Source: Candidatus Uhrbacteria bacterium
GTDB taxonomy: Bacteria; Patescibacteriota; Patescibacteriia; UBA9934
NCBI GenBank assembly: GCA_903827265.1
Contig: CAIKHN010000009.1
Location: 151 to 64,150 of the forward strand
Direction: 5' to 3'
DNA: 64,000 nucleotides
Below the pieces are notes generated by a model, which had not been told where the DNA came from, searched no databases, and was given only the letters and a program-made list of their open reading frames with translations. Shown in pieces: positions 26,028 through 35,565 of the stretch. The translations under genes were made by a program, and so were the position numbers. The first letter of the stretch is position 1. Every line of letters begins with the position of its first letter.

Positions 26028-27812
26028 ATGTCTCGACCACTCCTCGACGTGAAAAACCTCCGAAAGTCGTACGGCAAGCAAGTTGTCTGCGACGATATTT
26101 CGTTTGTGGTAGGCGAAGGGGAACATATTGCGCTCATCGGCCGTAACGGCGCAGGAAAGTCGACGCTTCTCAATATGCTCATGGGAATTGAGGAGCCTGA
26201 TGCAGGAACAGTACAGCTCATGCCGTGGACAAAACTTGGTATGGTCGCGCAGCACGACATTCTGCCAGGCGATGTGACCACGGAGGAATACTGTTCTGCG
26301 ATCTCGGGCAAGCCAACATGGGACGTCCGCAAGCTCGCCGCAAAGTTCGGGTTACACGGAACCGATCTTGAAAAGCCACCAACGGCGCTTTCTGGCGGTT
26401 ATCAAATGCGTGTGAAAATTGTTGCGATGTTGTTGTGCGATCCGAATCTGCTTCTCCTCGATGAACCGGTGAACTACCTTGATCTTCCAACGCTGTTGTT
26501 GCTCGAGCGATTTCTCGCGGATTACGAAGGAAGCTTTATCATGACGGCGCACGATCGGGAATTTCTTCAAAACACCTGTACGTCAACCTTTGAGATCGAA
26601 CGAGCGCTCCTGACGCAATATCCTGGCACGGTCGAAGAGTACTTTGTGTGGAAAGAAGAGCAGCTTGAATTTCTTCGTCGAAATAACAAGCGCGTTTCCC
26701 GAGAAATGGCGCATCATCAAGAGTTTGTGAATCGCTTCCAGTACAAGGCGAGTCAGGCATCACGTGCGCAGAGTAAAATAAAACACATCGAGAAGCTTCG
26801 TCGGAGCATTGTTGCGATTAAGAAAGATTTGTCGACGACGCGCATTGTTATTCCTACGCCGGTTATTGTGCCGGGCATTGCGGTTCGTGTAGAAAAGTTG
26901 TCGATCGGGTATGGCGATAAAGTCATCGGATCGAACATTTCGTTTACGTTCAATCGCGGGGAGAAGGTGGTGATTGCCGGAGAGAATGGAAAGGGGAAAT
27001 CGACGCTCTTGAAAACGCTTGCCGGAATCCTCGAGCCGATCGAAGGCTCGGTGAAATGGTGGCATCGGGCAGATATTGGGTATTACGATCAGAAGACTGA
27101 TGCGACGTTGATTCCATCGGAAACCGTTCTGCAGTATCTCACCCGTCTTTCTCCGCCAATGGCGTCGGGGGAGCGCATTCTCATGATGGCGGGCAACTTC
27201 TTGTTCCGTGGTGACGATCTGGAGAAGACGACGAGCGTGCTTTCCGGGGGAGAGCGTGCGCGATTATGTTTGGCGGGAATGTTGCTCCACGAACATAGCG
27301 TGTTAATCCTCGACGAGCCAACAAACCACTTAGACGTCGAGACCGCCGAATCCTTGGCATCGGCGCTGAAGGAATACGGAGGTACTGTGCTCTTCGTTTC
27401 GCACGCTCGAACATTCGTGAATGCGCTTGCTGAACGAATCTACGAAATTCGTGGCGGAACCGTTCGTCACTACGTCGGCACGTACGAGGACTACGTACGA
27501 GATCTCGAATCGATCATGGATACAGACGACGTTGCGGTGCTACCAAAGGAATTGTCCGATGATGCCGAAGCACGATCGCTTCGCCGACAGGTGCTCAAAG
27601 AGAAACAGCGACTCGCCGAACGGATGCAGCTGCAAATCGAAAAGCACGACAAAGAAAAGAGCGCGATCCTCGCGTACTTTTTTGAGAACCCCACCGACTA
27701 CTCGCCAGAAAAGAATCGCCGGTTATCTGAACTCGACGACGAACTTGGTCGATTCGAGCATCAATGGTTGGTGTTGTGTGAGGAGATTGAGATGTTGAAG
27801 GCGGTGAAATAA
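26028..27812 (+). CDS. ABC-F family ATPase, paralog 2 (two NBDs plus C-terminal coiled-coil)
   Basis: Walker A GRNGAGKST / GENGKGKST. Signatures LSGGYQMR / LSGGERAR. C-terminal charged helix. Confidence 0.8.
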   Translation: MSRPLLDVKNLRKSYGKQVVCDDISFVVGEGEHIALIGRNGAGKSTLLNMLMGIEEPDAGTVQLMPWTKLGMVAQHDILPGDVTTEEYCSAISGKPTWDVRKLAAKFGLHGTDLEKPPTALSGGYQMRVKIVAMLLCDPNLLLLDEPVNYLDLPTLLLLERFLADYEGSFIMTAHDREFLQNTCTSTFEIERALLTQYPGTVEEYFVWKEEQLEFLRRNNKRVSREMAHHQEFVNRFQYKASQASRAQSKIKHIEKLRRSIVAIKKDLSTTRIVIPTPVIVPGIAVRVEKLSIGYGDKVIGSNISFTFNRGEKVVIAGENGKGKSTLLKTLAGILEPIEGSVKWWHRADIGYYDQKTDATLIPSETVLQYLTRLSPPMASGERILMMAGNFLFRGDDLEKTTSVLSGGERARLCLAGMLLHEHSVLILDEPTNHLDVETAESLASALKEYGGTVLFVSHARTFVNALAERIYEIRGGTVRHYVGTYEDYVRDLESIMDTDDVAVLPKELSDDAEARSLRRQVLKEKQRLAERMQLQIEKHDKEKSAILAYFFENPTDYSPEKNRRLSELDDELGRFEHQWLVLCEEIEMLKAVK

Positions 27813-27856
27813 TAAAACTCAGTCATCCCGCAGCCCTCAGTCGTCCCCTTACTTTT

Positions 27857-27884
27857 TCAGTCATCCTCGCGTATGCGGGGATCC
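27857..27884 (+). repeat. Hairpin repeat R1 copy (tcagtcatcctcgcgtatgcggggatcc), preceded by two degenerate tcagtcatcc half-copies at about 27822 and 27830
   Basis: Sequence identity with the other R1 copies. Confidence 0.65.
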
Positions 27885-28044
27885 AGTAATCATCGGCTTC
27901 CCTCACTCATCAACGGGTCCTGTCACCTCGGACCCCGTTACGGTGCTCACCGCGCACGAGGCGTTTGCGGTAATCGGAATCGACATCTGTGCTCGTTGCG
28001 CTCCGTACGGGGGCCTCCCTCGGTGCCACCCGTTGATTCGTTCG

Positions 28045-28428
28045 CTACGCTTTCGCCTTAAAATCCAACGACAACGAATTCACGCAATATCGCATTCCCG
28101 TCGGTGCTGGTCCATCGGGGAACACGTGGCCAAGGTGGGCGCGGCAGTTGGCGCAAAGAATTTCTGTTCGTGCCATGCCGAGCTTTCGATCGGGTTCTGT
28201 TGCAACATTTGCGGAGTTTGCGGTATCCCAAAAACTCGGCCAACCGGTTCCGGAATCAAACTTCGTATCCGAACTAAACAATTCGTGTCCACAATTTGCG
28301 CAAACATACATTCCGGCGTCGGTTGTTTTGTAATACTTCCCGCTAAACGGCGGTTCGGTGCCTTTCAGAAAACAGACATTTTCCTGTTCTGGTGTGAGAT
28401 TCGGGTTCCGGATGCGTTCGTGTTCCAT
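28045..28428 (-). CDS. msrB: Peptide-methionine (R)-S-oxide reductase MsrB
   Basis: CANC…CRAHLGHVF.DGP, the GWPSF motif and zinc-binding CxxC pairs. Confidence 0.85.
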   Translation of the reverse strand: MEHERIRNPNLTPEQENVCFLKGTEPPFSGKYYKTTDAGMYVCANCGHELFSSDTKFDSGTGWPSFWDTANSANVATEPDRKLGMARTEILCANCRAHLGHVFPDGPAPTGMRYCVNSLSLDFKAKA

Positions 28429-28429
28429 A

Positions 28430-29460
28430 CGCGAGAAAGTGTATCAAACATTGACCGCAACTGATGATTCTGCTAGTATCTTTTCGGGACATGTGGGTGG
28501 TGCATACGTATTGACGCCGACAGGACGTCTGCCAACGCGTATGGGGCTGTCGCCCAGGAAATGGTGGTAGAGACCGACAATCGTGCTGCCGCGAAGGGCA
28601 GAGGCTGAAAAGTCTCTGAAAGCGCGCGAGTCTGCCAACCAATCTCCGCTGGGAGCATCTGTTAAAGGCCAGGCCTCTGATGCTCGAAATCCCGGAGGGG
28701 AATCCATCACGAGTGGACATCGTGAAAACTGTCGCGGCTGGAACGCTGCGAAAGTGGAAAGCGCACACGGAGCGCCTGCTCTCTCGGTGTTGTCATGACG
28801 CCGAATAACGAGAGACCACGTTGGGAAATGAGGGGCCCGCTAATGCAGATTGAAAACCTGCGTTAGCGGAGCCCCTCGCCCAATCATCATTCATCTTCAC
28901 GTCGTCAGACCGGACAGTGCTGCATCATCGAACTGCGCGTTTCTTCCCTCTGCGCATTCGATCCGCGAGCCATTCTGCTGACACACTCCGGCGCCCCCCT
29001 ACGTGGTGGGCGTCGGTTTCATTTTTATTGAAAACAAAGGCTTTTTTCATGTATTCCCGCCATTTCCTCTTTTGCCTTAGCACTAGCAACGCGGGGCAGA
29101 ATAAAGTGTCGGCTTTAGGGCTTACACAGTGGGAGTGCAAACGGAGCACCATTACCTTCGATCGCCATTCGAGGGTGGACCACTCAGGAGCGGTCGGTCG
29201 TCTGGTGGGGCTCACACCTCGCCAGCGACCGGCCGGAGCCTGAAGTGCCGGCAAGTCTTCGGGAGAAATCCTGGAGTCATCCATAAGCGGAAATGCCGCA
29301 ATGGAGTCTGATAGCGAAAGCCTCAAAAACTTTCGATTCGCTGTCCGAAGGGATGGTGTGAGTAACGGATCAGACGTTGCGCCAACTCCTACGCTCGTAG
29401 CCCCTCAGAAGGTTACCCTCACTGGCCATCAGTCCTCGCGGATTGGTGGCCAGGTTGCTT
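28430..29460. other. About 1 kb of GC-rich sequence with no convincing ORF. It holds strong hairpins (e.g. 28833..28880 ggggcccgctaatgcag-attgaaaa-cctgcgttagcggagcccc) and is a candidate structured RNA or leader region upstream of proS.
   Basis: The only ORFs are short, overlapping and on both strands. Long perfect stems are present. I could not match RNase P, tmRNA or SRP consensus by eye. Confidence 0.3.
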
Positions 29461-29518
29461 TTTGCGACGTTTTTCGTTTTCCGGTACCATCGGTGCATTC
29501 GCAGGACTAAGTTTTCTT

Positions 29519-30766
29519 ATGCGCTATTCGACAATTTTTTCAAAAACAACAAAATCGGTTTCCGCCGATAGCGAGTCAATCAATGCTCGCCTTCTTGTTC
29601 AGGCGGGATTCGTCGATCAAGAAATGGCTGGCGTGTACACGTGGCTTCCGCTTGGTTTGGCGGTTCTTCGTAATATCGAACAGATCGTTCGCGAGGAAAT
29701 GAATACTCTTGGCGCGAGCGAGATTTTTATGCCATCGCTTCAGCCAAAGGAGTATTGGGACACCACCAACCGTTGGGAAGGCGTGGACGTGTTGTTTAAA
29801 CTCAAGTCGCAAACCGGAAAGGACTACGCACTTGGCTGTACACACGAGGAGGTTGTAACGCCACTCGTCAAGAAGTTCGTACAGTCGTATAAAGACCTTC
29901 CGCTCGTGACGTATCAAATCAACACAAAGTTCCGCGATGAACTACGCGCGAAATCTGGCGTACTTCGTGGCCGCGAGTTCCGCATGAAGGACATGTATAG
30001 CTTTCATACCACGCAAGAAGATCTTTCCGCGTTTTATCAAAAAGCACTCAAGGCATACGTTCGAGCCTACAACCGTTGCGGCCTCCAGGTAAAAGTAGTT
30101 CAGGCAAGCGGCGGCGTGTTTACGCAAAACCTTTCGCACGAATTTCAGGCGCTGACTGATGCCGGTGAAGACGTCCTTATCGCGTGCGATCACTGCGAAT
30201 TCGGTGAGAACTCAGAAATTGCGACGCACAAGGCTGGTGATCCTTGCCCAATGTGCAAATCAACCCTCGTTTCAACGAAAGGAATTGAGGTGGGAAACAT
30301 TTTCGATCTCGGTACAAAGTATTCTGACGCGTTCGAACTCGACTTTACGAATGAAGAAGGTAGGCGCCAACGTGTACTGATGGGCTGCTACGGCATTGGT
30401 ACCAGCCGTTTGGTTGGCGCGATCGTTGAGGCATCACATGACGATAAGGGAATGATTTGGCCAAAGAGCATTGCGCCGGCTCTTGTACACCTTGTCCGCA
30501 TCGGTGAAGACGCGGAATCGGTTGCAGCGGCAGACGCGCTGTACGACGAGCTCCGCGGCGCAGGATTTTCCGTGTTCTATGACGACCGCGATGCATCGGC
30601 CGGCTCAAAATTTGCAGATGCCGATTTGATGGGACTGCCGATTCGTCTCACCGTCAGCAAGCGCATGCTCGCCGAGAACGTTGTCGAGTGGAAAGAGCGC
30701 ACGTCAGATGAGCTCAAAAAGATTCCTCGATCAGAAGTACTTGCAACGGTCCGATCAAATGCCTAA
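29519..30766 (+). CDS. proS: Prolyl-tRNA synthetase, short bacterial form without an INS editing domain
   Basis: Class II motifs (FRDELRAKSGVLRGREFRMKDMYSFH; GCYGIGTSRLVGAIVE) and a C-terminal anticodon-binding domain. Confidence 0.85.
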   Translation: MRYSTIFSKTTKSVSADSESINARLLVQAGFVDQEMAGVYTWLPLGLAVLRNIEQIVREEMNTLGASEIFMPSLQPKEYWDTTNRWEGVDVLFKLKSQTGKDYALGCTHEEVVTPLVKKFVQSYKDLPLVTYQINTKFRDELRAKSGVLRGREFRMKDMYSFHTTQEDLSAFYQKALKAYVRAYNRCGLQVKVVQASGGVFTQNLSHEFQALTDAGEDVLIACDHCEFGENSEIATHKAGDPCPMCKSTLVSTKGIEVGNIFDLGTKYSDAFELDFTNEEGRRQRVLMGCYGIGTSRLVGAIVEASHDDKGMIWPKSIAPALVHLVRIGEDAESVAAADALYDELRGAGFSVFYDDRDASAGSKFADADLMGLPIRLTVSKRMLAENVVEWKERTSDELKKIPRSEVLATVRSNA

Positions 30767-30770
30767 ACCA

Positions 30771-30803
30771 ACAAAAACCCTCCGATTGCTCGGAGGGTTT
30801 TTT
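30771..30803. terminator. Bidirectional terminator (ccctccga-ttgc-tcggaggg-T6)
   Basis: Hairpin with flanking A-rich and T-rich runs, between convergent genes. Confidence 0.7.
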
Positions 30804-30808
30804 GTAGC

Positions 30809-30955
30809 TTACTTTGCGGACTTTGCTGCGGCCTTAGCCTCCAGCTTTCGCATGCGGATGGCCTTGGACTTGCGGTGGGTGGCAAAAGCTTTCTCGCGCT
30901 TAATGGCGAAAAGGGCGTTTTGGGACTTTCGTGAGAGGTGATGGCGTGATGGCAT
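30809..30955 (-). CDS. Small, highly basic 48-aa protein (MPSRHHLSRKSQNALFAIKREKAFATHRKSKAIRMRKLEAKAAAKSAK), possibly ribosomal-protein-like
   Basis: The ORF is Lys/Arg-rich. I could not assign a specific r-protein family. Confidence 0.3.
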   Translation of the reverse strand: MPSRHHLSRKSQNALFAIKREKAFATHRKSKAIRMRKLEAKAAAKSAK

Positions 30956-31030
30956 AGTCGAAACGTGAATCAATGATGGTGTAAAGTATGCCTTATCTTC
31001 CAATAATCGTCAAACAAATCGCCCACAAAT

Positions 31031-31321
31031 ATGCATGAGATTAGCCAAAAACTGTATAAAGCGGTGGTTCTGGTGTGTGAAAATCGACGGGATGATGGCA
31101 GGAAGTCCTGTGGGGTTACCGAGCCAGGATTAAGGATAGCGATCAAAGAAGCGATGAAATCCGCCGGTTTGTCAGTTCGAGTCCTCTCAACTTCGTGTAT
31201 GGACCACTGCAAGGACGGACCAACCGTCTCCTTCATGCCAATGGACGTGATGTTTGGGGATGTTCATATTGACGATGTACCTGAGCTTGTGACTAAGATG
31301 AATGTGTATTTGAGTTCTTAA
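31031..31321 (+). CDS. Thioredoxin-like [2Fe-2S] ferredoxin domain protein
   Basis: Four Cys in the C-x10-C … C-x3-C arrangement (VCENRR…SCG…STSCMDHCKDGP). Confidence 0.55.
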   Translation: MHEISQKLYKAVVLVCENRRDDGRKSCGVTEPGLRIAIKEAMKSAGLSVRVLSTSCMDHCKDGPTVSFMPMDVMFGDVHIDDVPELVTKMNVYLSS

Positions 31322-31331
31322 TCGGAGGATT

Positions 31332-32837
31332 ATGAATGCTATGAACATCCTTGGAGAAAAGATGGATCTGTTTGCTGCGAAAGCCGAGGTGCTCGTGCTT
31401 CCCGTGTTTAGTGGGGAAGGATTCTCCGCAGAGTCGATTGTGGCACGAATGCCGGAGTCTGTTCGAAAGAGCGTCACGCGATCAATGAAGACGGCGGAAT
31501 TTTCTGGGAAAGCGGGCGAGGTTATTTCTGTTGACGTTCATGACGCGGCGCATCATCACATTCTCCTCATTGGTCTTGGATCGATGAAGGATGCAACCCT
31601 CGAATCTGCTCGTGAAATGATTGGGACGGCAATCGCATGTACTCGTCGATTCGGCGCAAAGACATTAGCGGTGGAGATTCCTGTTTCAGAAGAAGGTGAC
31701 GTTTCCGATGTTGCAGAAGCGATGGTGGTTGCGGCGCAGCTTGCAGACTACGCGTTTGATAATTACAAGGAGAAGAACGGTGCAAAGCGCATGAAAGAGT
31801 TGACGCTGGTGATTCATGACGGCCGCGATGTACTTCGTGTACGAAAAGCTGTGGAACGCGGTTGCGCGATTGGTGGGGGAGTCGCGGTGGCGCGTGATCT
31901 CGTCAACATGCCGGCGCAGGTGATGACGCCTTCTGCACTCGCTGAGGCTGCAGAGCGCATTGTGAAGGAAGGAGGAAAGAACTTCTCTCTGAAGGTGCTC
32001 GAGCGTGAGGAGTGCGAAGCGTTGGGGATGGGATCGTACTTAGCTGTTGGTCTTGGATCTGATCAGCCAGTGAAGTTCTTGCACCTCATTTACACGCCAG
32101 AGCGATCGAGTCGAAAGCGACTTGCGGTGATTGGAAAAGGTGTGACGTTCGATTCCGGCGGATTATCGCTGAAGCCTGGTGACAGCATGATGACCATGAA
32201 ATGCGACATGGCGGGCGCTGCGGCAGTGCTTGGTTTCTTTACCGTACTTGGTCAGCTTCAGCCACGATGCGAAGTGCACGGCATCGTTGCTGCGGTTGAA
32301 AACATGCCTTCCGGTAAAGCGATTCGCCCAGGCGATGTGGTAAAGGCAAGTAACGGAAAGACGATCGAAATTCTGAATACCGATGCCGAAGGTCGTCTGA
32401 CGCTCGCTGATGCTCTCACGTACGCAAAGAAGCTCGAACCAACCGCGATGGTGGATCTTGCGACATTAACCGGTGCGTGTGTCGTTGCGCTTGGTGAAGA
32501 AATTACTGGACTCATGAGTAATAACGATGAACTCGCGCAGTCGGTTCTCGATTCTGCGGAAGATGCGGGGGAGAAGATGTGGCGCATGCCGCTCGAAAAG
32601 CGTTACAAATCGCTGATTGAATCCGACATTGCGGACTTGCGAAATATCCCAACGTCGCGCTACGGCGGATCACTAACTGCTGGGTTGTTCCTTGAGGAAT
32701 TCGTTGATGGACTGCCATGGGTGCATTTGGACATTGCCGGACCAGCGTTCGCCGAAAAGCCGATGGGAAGTTATCTTGGTAAAGGTGGAACTGGTCATGG
32801 TGTTCGAACATTGGTGGAATTGGTTGAGCGAATGTAG
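31332..32837 (+). CDS. pepA: Leucyl aminopeptidase (M17, PepA)
   Basis: NTDAEGRLTLADAL signature. Lys and Asp metal ligands. Confidence 0.85.
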   Translation: MNAMNILGEKMDLFAAKAEVLVLPVFSGEGFSAESIVARMPESVRKSVTRSMKTAEFSGKAGEVISVDVHDAAHHHILLIGLGSMKDATLESAREMIGTAIACTRRFGAKTLAVEIPVSEEGDVSDVAEAMVVAAQLADYAFDNYKEKNGAKRMKELTLVIHDGRDVLRVRKAVERGCAIGGGVAVARDLVNMPAQVMTPSALAEAAERIVKEGGKNFSLKVLEREECEALGMGSYLAVGLGSDQPVKFLHLIYTPERSSRKRLAVIGKGVTFDSGGLSLKPGDSMMTMKCDMAGAAAVLGFFTVLGQLQPRCEVHGIVAAVENMPSGKAIRPGDVVKASNGKTIEILNTDAEGRLTLADALTYAKKLEPTAMVDLATLTGACVVALGEEITGLMSNNDELAQSVLDSAEDAGEKMWRMPLEKRYKSLIESDIADLRNIPTSRYGGSLTAGLFLEEFVDGLPWVHLDIAGPAFAEKPMGSYLGKGGTGHGVRTLVELVERM

Positions 32838-32903
32838 GAAGGCAATGCACACCTGGCCACCTGGCTGGGTGTGTTTTTGTTATACTGCACCCAACACAGA
32901 CGT

Positions 32904-33203
32904 ATGGCGAACCAAACACTTGAGGAGTATGTTGACGATTTGCTTGATGAGCGTGGACTATCCCTCGTCGACGAAGCGGTGCTTGTCGAACTGCGGGCCG
33001 ATCTTCTGTCGCGTATTCAAGAGCGTTTACATGCAGAAATGGTTGCGCTGCTGAACGACGACGCCCGCGAAGAGCTTGAGGATCTGCTCGACATCGGCAC
33101 GGCGCCACACGCTATTCGTGACTGGCTCGCCCAACACGTATCGAATTTTAGCGACGTATATGTGCAAACACTCGCTGATTTTCGGACATCGTATTTGAAA
33201 TAA
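32904..33203 (+). CDS. Small acidic hypothetical protein
   Basis: ORF, with the start trimmed to MANQTLEEY. Confidence 0.3.
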   Translation: MANQTLEEYVDDLLDERGLSLVDEAVLVELRADLLSRIQERLHAEMVALLNDDAREELEDLLDIGTAPHAIRDWLAQHVSNFSDVYVQTLADFRTSYLK

Positions 33204-33206
33204 CTT

Positions 33207-33743
33207 ATGGTCTTTTTTGCCAATCGCGAACAGACGTTTTCTCATGGCAACGATGTTTCGGGGGAGACTTCGTTTTCGCGACTCGAACAGTATGCGAAAT
33301 CGCGTCGTGGTGCCGACACTGACGACGCTGCACGCGCTGCTCAAGCGATGTATAAACGTCGACACAATGAAATGCTGCATCTCGTCGGTGAGGATTGGCG
33401 TATTGCCGGAACGGTTCCGGGTGACGACGGGCATTCGGTGATTCTCGAGTCAGGGGCAACGTATAAGACGCTGCCAGCTCTTGATGTTATGCGTATGGAA
33501 TCTGCGGCATCGGCGCTTTCCGGCGGTGAACATTTGCCGAATGATCCTGAGGTTGTTTCGCTTGGCGTAAAGCGCAAACACCGCGTGCCACTGGATGGGC
33601 ACGCGGTGTCGCGAAGTGTTGAGCGGATTGATCGTGGATACGATCGTCGGATTGAAGGGCTGATGGACGGCGAGTCGACTGAACGCGGAAGATTTCGTGT
33701 CGAGCATTTGCTCGCAAAACTCAATGCGCTGCGGATTTTTTAG
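33207..33743 (+). CDS. Hypothetical protein
   Basis: ORF only. Confidence 0.3.
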   Translation: MVFFANREQTFSHGNDVSGETSFSRLEQYAKSRRGADTDDAARAAQAMYKRRHNEMLHLVGEDWRIAGTVPGDDGHSVILESGATYKTLPALDVMRMESAASALSGGEHLPNDPEVVSLGVKRKHRVPLDGHAVSRSVERIDRGYDRRIEGLMDGESTERGRFRVEHLLAKLNALRIF

Positions 33744-33745
33744 TG

Positions 33746-34270
33746 TTAGGCTTTTCCGAGTGTCTTTTCGCCTGGTTCCCATTCAACAGGGCAGAGCTCG
33801 CCAGATTGCAATGCAGTAAGCACGCGAATAACTTCTTTCACTGAACGACCGACTGATCCTGCAGAAACGAGCGCGAATTTCACTACTCCTTCCGGATCAA
33901 TAATAAAGAGGCCACGATCAGATGATCCGTCGTCTTCATTCAACACGCCGTAGTTGCGTGAAACGTTTTGTGTGGTGTCGGCAAGAATAGGGTAGGCAAC
34001 TTCAGGAAGATCGCGTTCAAACCATGCTTTGTGGCTCCATTCGCTGTCGGTGGAAGCGCCGATGACTTTTGCGTTGAGCGCAGCAAAGTCTGCCTCATGT
34101 TTTTGGAATCCTTTAATTTCGGTAGGACAGATGAATGTGAAGTCGCGAGGATAAAAGAACAGCACCACCCATCCGCCTTTATATGAACTCAAACTGGTTT
34201 TGGTGAACTCGCCCTTGGTGTACGACGTGATGTTTTCAAAGCTTGGTGCCGGTTTGTTGATGGCGATCAT
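33746..34270 (-). CDS. Peroxiredoxin (AhpC/TSA family)
   Basis: FTFICPTE peroxidatic Cys motif and a resolving Cys near the C-terminus. Confidence 0.85.
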   Translation of the reverse strand: MIAINKPAPSFENITSYTKGEFTKTSLSSYKGGWVVLFFYPRDFTFICPTEIKGFQKHEADFAALNAKVIGASTDSEWSHKAWFERDLPEVAYPILADTTQNVSRNYGVLNEDDGSSDRGLFIIDPEGVVKFALVSAGSVGRSVKEVIRVLTALQSGELCPVEWEPGEKTLGKA

Positions 34271-34300
34271 AGTTTTACGACACTTGAAGGAAATTTTTTA

Positions 34301-35563
34301 GTGTTTCGTTTCCTGAACCAGAGGCAAAGATACCGTGATTCGCTTTTACAATCAACCGGTTATCCGCTACACTTCACGCCATCTATGACTCAAGGACAAA
34401 AGCAAAATCTTGCACTGTTTGTGGGCGCGATTGTGGTGATTGGCGGTTTCACATGGGGGTACAACGCGTACCAATCATATAAAGCGAATGCGTCAGCATG
34501 GCCAATGCTCGACGGTGGTGTGTACGCATCAGCAGTGACTCGCGACGGTGTTACGTCCCTCATTCCAGGGGATCAGCTCTACGACAGCGGGGTGGTGGAG
34601 GGTGGCATTCCTGCGCTCACGAACCCAAAATACGATTCTGTTCTCGCGTCCGACGCCGTGATTGCCGACGATCTTCTTGGTATCGATCTTGATCTCGGGG
34701 GAACGCGCCGGTTCTATCCAGTGCAAATCATGAACTGGCACGAAGTCGTGAACGATACAATTGATGGCAAGAATATTGCCATCACATACTGCCCACTTTG
34801 TGGAACAGGTGTTGTGTACGATCGCGATATCGACTTGAGTTTTGATAATTTTCCTTCCGTCGGAACACATACATTTGAAGCGACCGGAAAGGTATACAAC
34901 AACAACACCGTTCTCAAGGATGCCGAAACAGGATCATTGTGGCTGCAGGCCACAGGGCAGTCGATTCAGGGTGCGGCGATCGGACGAACGCTTTCCGTTA
35001 TTCCTTCGCAAATGATGAAGTGGAGCACGTGGAAAGATTTATATCCATCCGGCTTGGTGCTTTCGACGAACACCGGCGTAACGCGCGACTACACTCGTCA
35101 TCCGTACGGAAACTACGACACGAGCAAAGGATTGTATTTCCCAATCAACCACACGAGCGCTGACTTCACGTCGAAATGGGTGACGTACGGTATGGGAAGC
35201 GATGTTGATGGTGCAGCATTCGCGGTGCCTGCATTGAGCGGCTTAGGAATGATGATGGCTGCAGTTGGCGGGGAAGCTGTTATGGCGGTTTATGACTTTG
35301 ATACTGATACTGTTCGAGTATTCTCTCCAACGGATGTTCAAAATAATGCGATGACGTTCACGTACGATTTTGCGAAGAAGCGCCTGACGGATACCGCGAC
35401 GAATAGTGTGTGGAATGCACAGGGCTTGGCGATTTCTGGAAGTATGAAGGGCTCACAACTTCAAGAAATTCCAACAACTCGGAGTTTCTGGTTCTGTATG
35501 GCAGCGATGCATCCAACATGGAGAGCGATAACAACGAACGTGAATACTGAATCAGGAGAATAG
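34301..35563 (+). CDS. DUF3179-domain protein (membrane-anchored)
   Basis: …YP..I…HEVVND…ITYCPLCGTG..Y.R…SG.LY.NN…D..TGSLW.Q…G core. The true start is possibly at 34385. Confidence 0.55.
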   Translation: MFRFLNQRQRYRDSLLQSTGYPLHFTPSMTQGQKQNLALFVGAIVVIGGFTWGYNAYQSYKANASAWPMLDGGVYASAVTRDGVTSLIPGDQLYDSGVVEGGIPALTNPKYDSVLASDAVIADDLLGIDLDLGGTRRFYPVQIMNWHEVVNDTIDGKNIAITYCPLCGTGVVYDRDIDLSFDNFPSVGTHTFEATGKVYNNNTVLKDAETGSLWLQATGQSIQGAAIGRTLSVIPSQMMKWSTWKDLYPSGLVLSTNTGVTRDYTRHPYGNYDTSKGLYFPINHTSADFTSKWVTYGMGSDVDGAAFAVPALSGLGMMMAAVGGEAVMAVYDFDTDTVRVFSPTDVQNNAMTFTYDFAKKRLTDTATNSVWNAQGLAISGSMKGSQLQEIPTTRSFWFCMAAMHPTWRAITTNVNTESGE

Positions 35564-35565
35564 GT

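Noticed and set aside
28343-28768. 141-aa minus-strand ORF overlapping msrB and the non-coding region; also the 173-aa plus-strand ORF 27943..28464
   Set aside because: Both are out of frame or antisense to the well-supported msrB gene and have no recognisable motifs.
29160-29190. T-box riboswitch upstream of proS (gagggtggaccac resembling AGGGUGGNACCGCG)
   Set aside because: It has only a partial core match. It lies about 340 nt from the start codon and has no adjacent terminator / antiterminator arrangement that I could verify. It is kept only as a note inside the non-coding-region finding.
30809-30955. Specific ribosomal-protein identity (S20, L28 or L35) for the 48-aa basic protein
   Set aside because: Only loose compositional similarity. 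No family motif could be matched confidently, so it is kept as a generic small basic protein.
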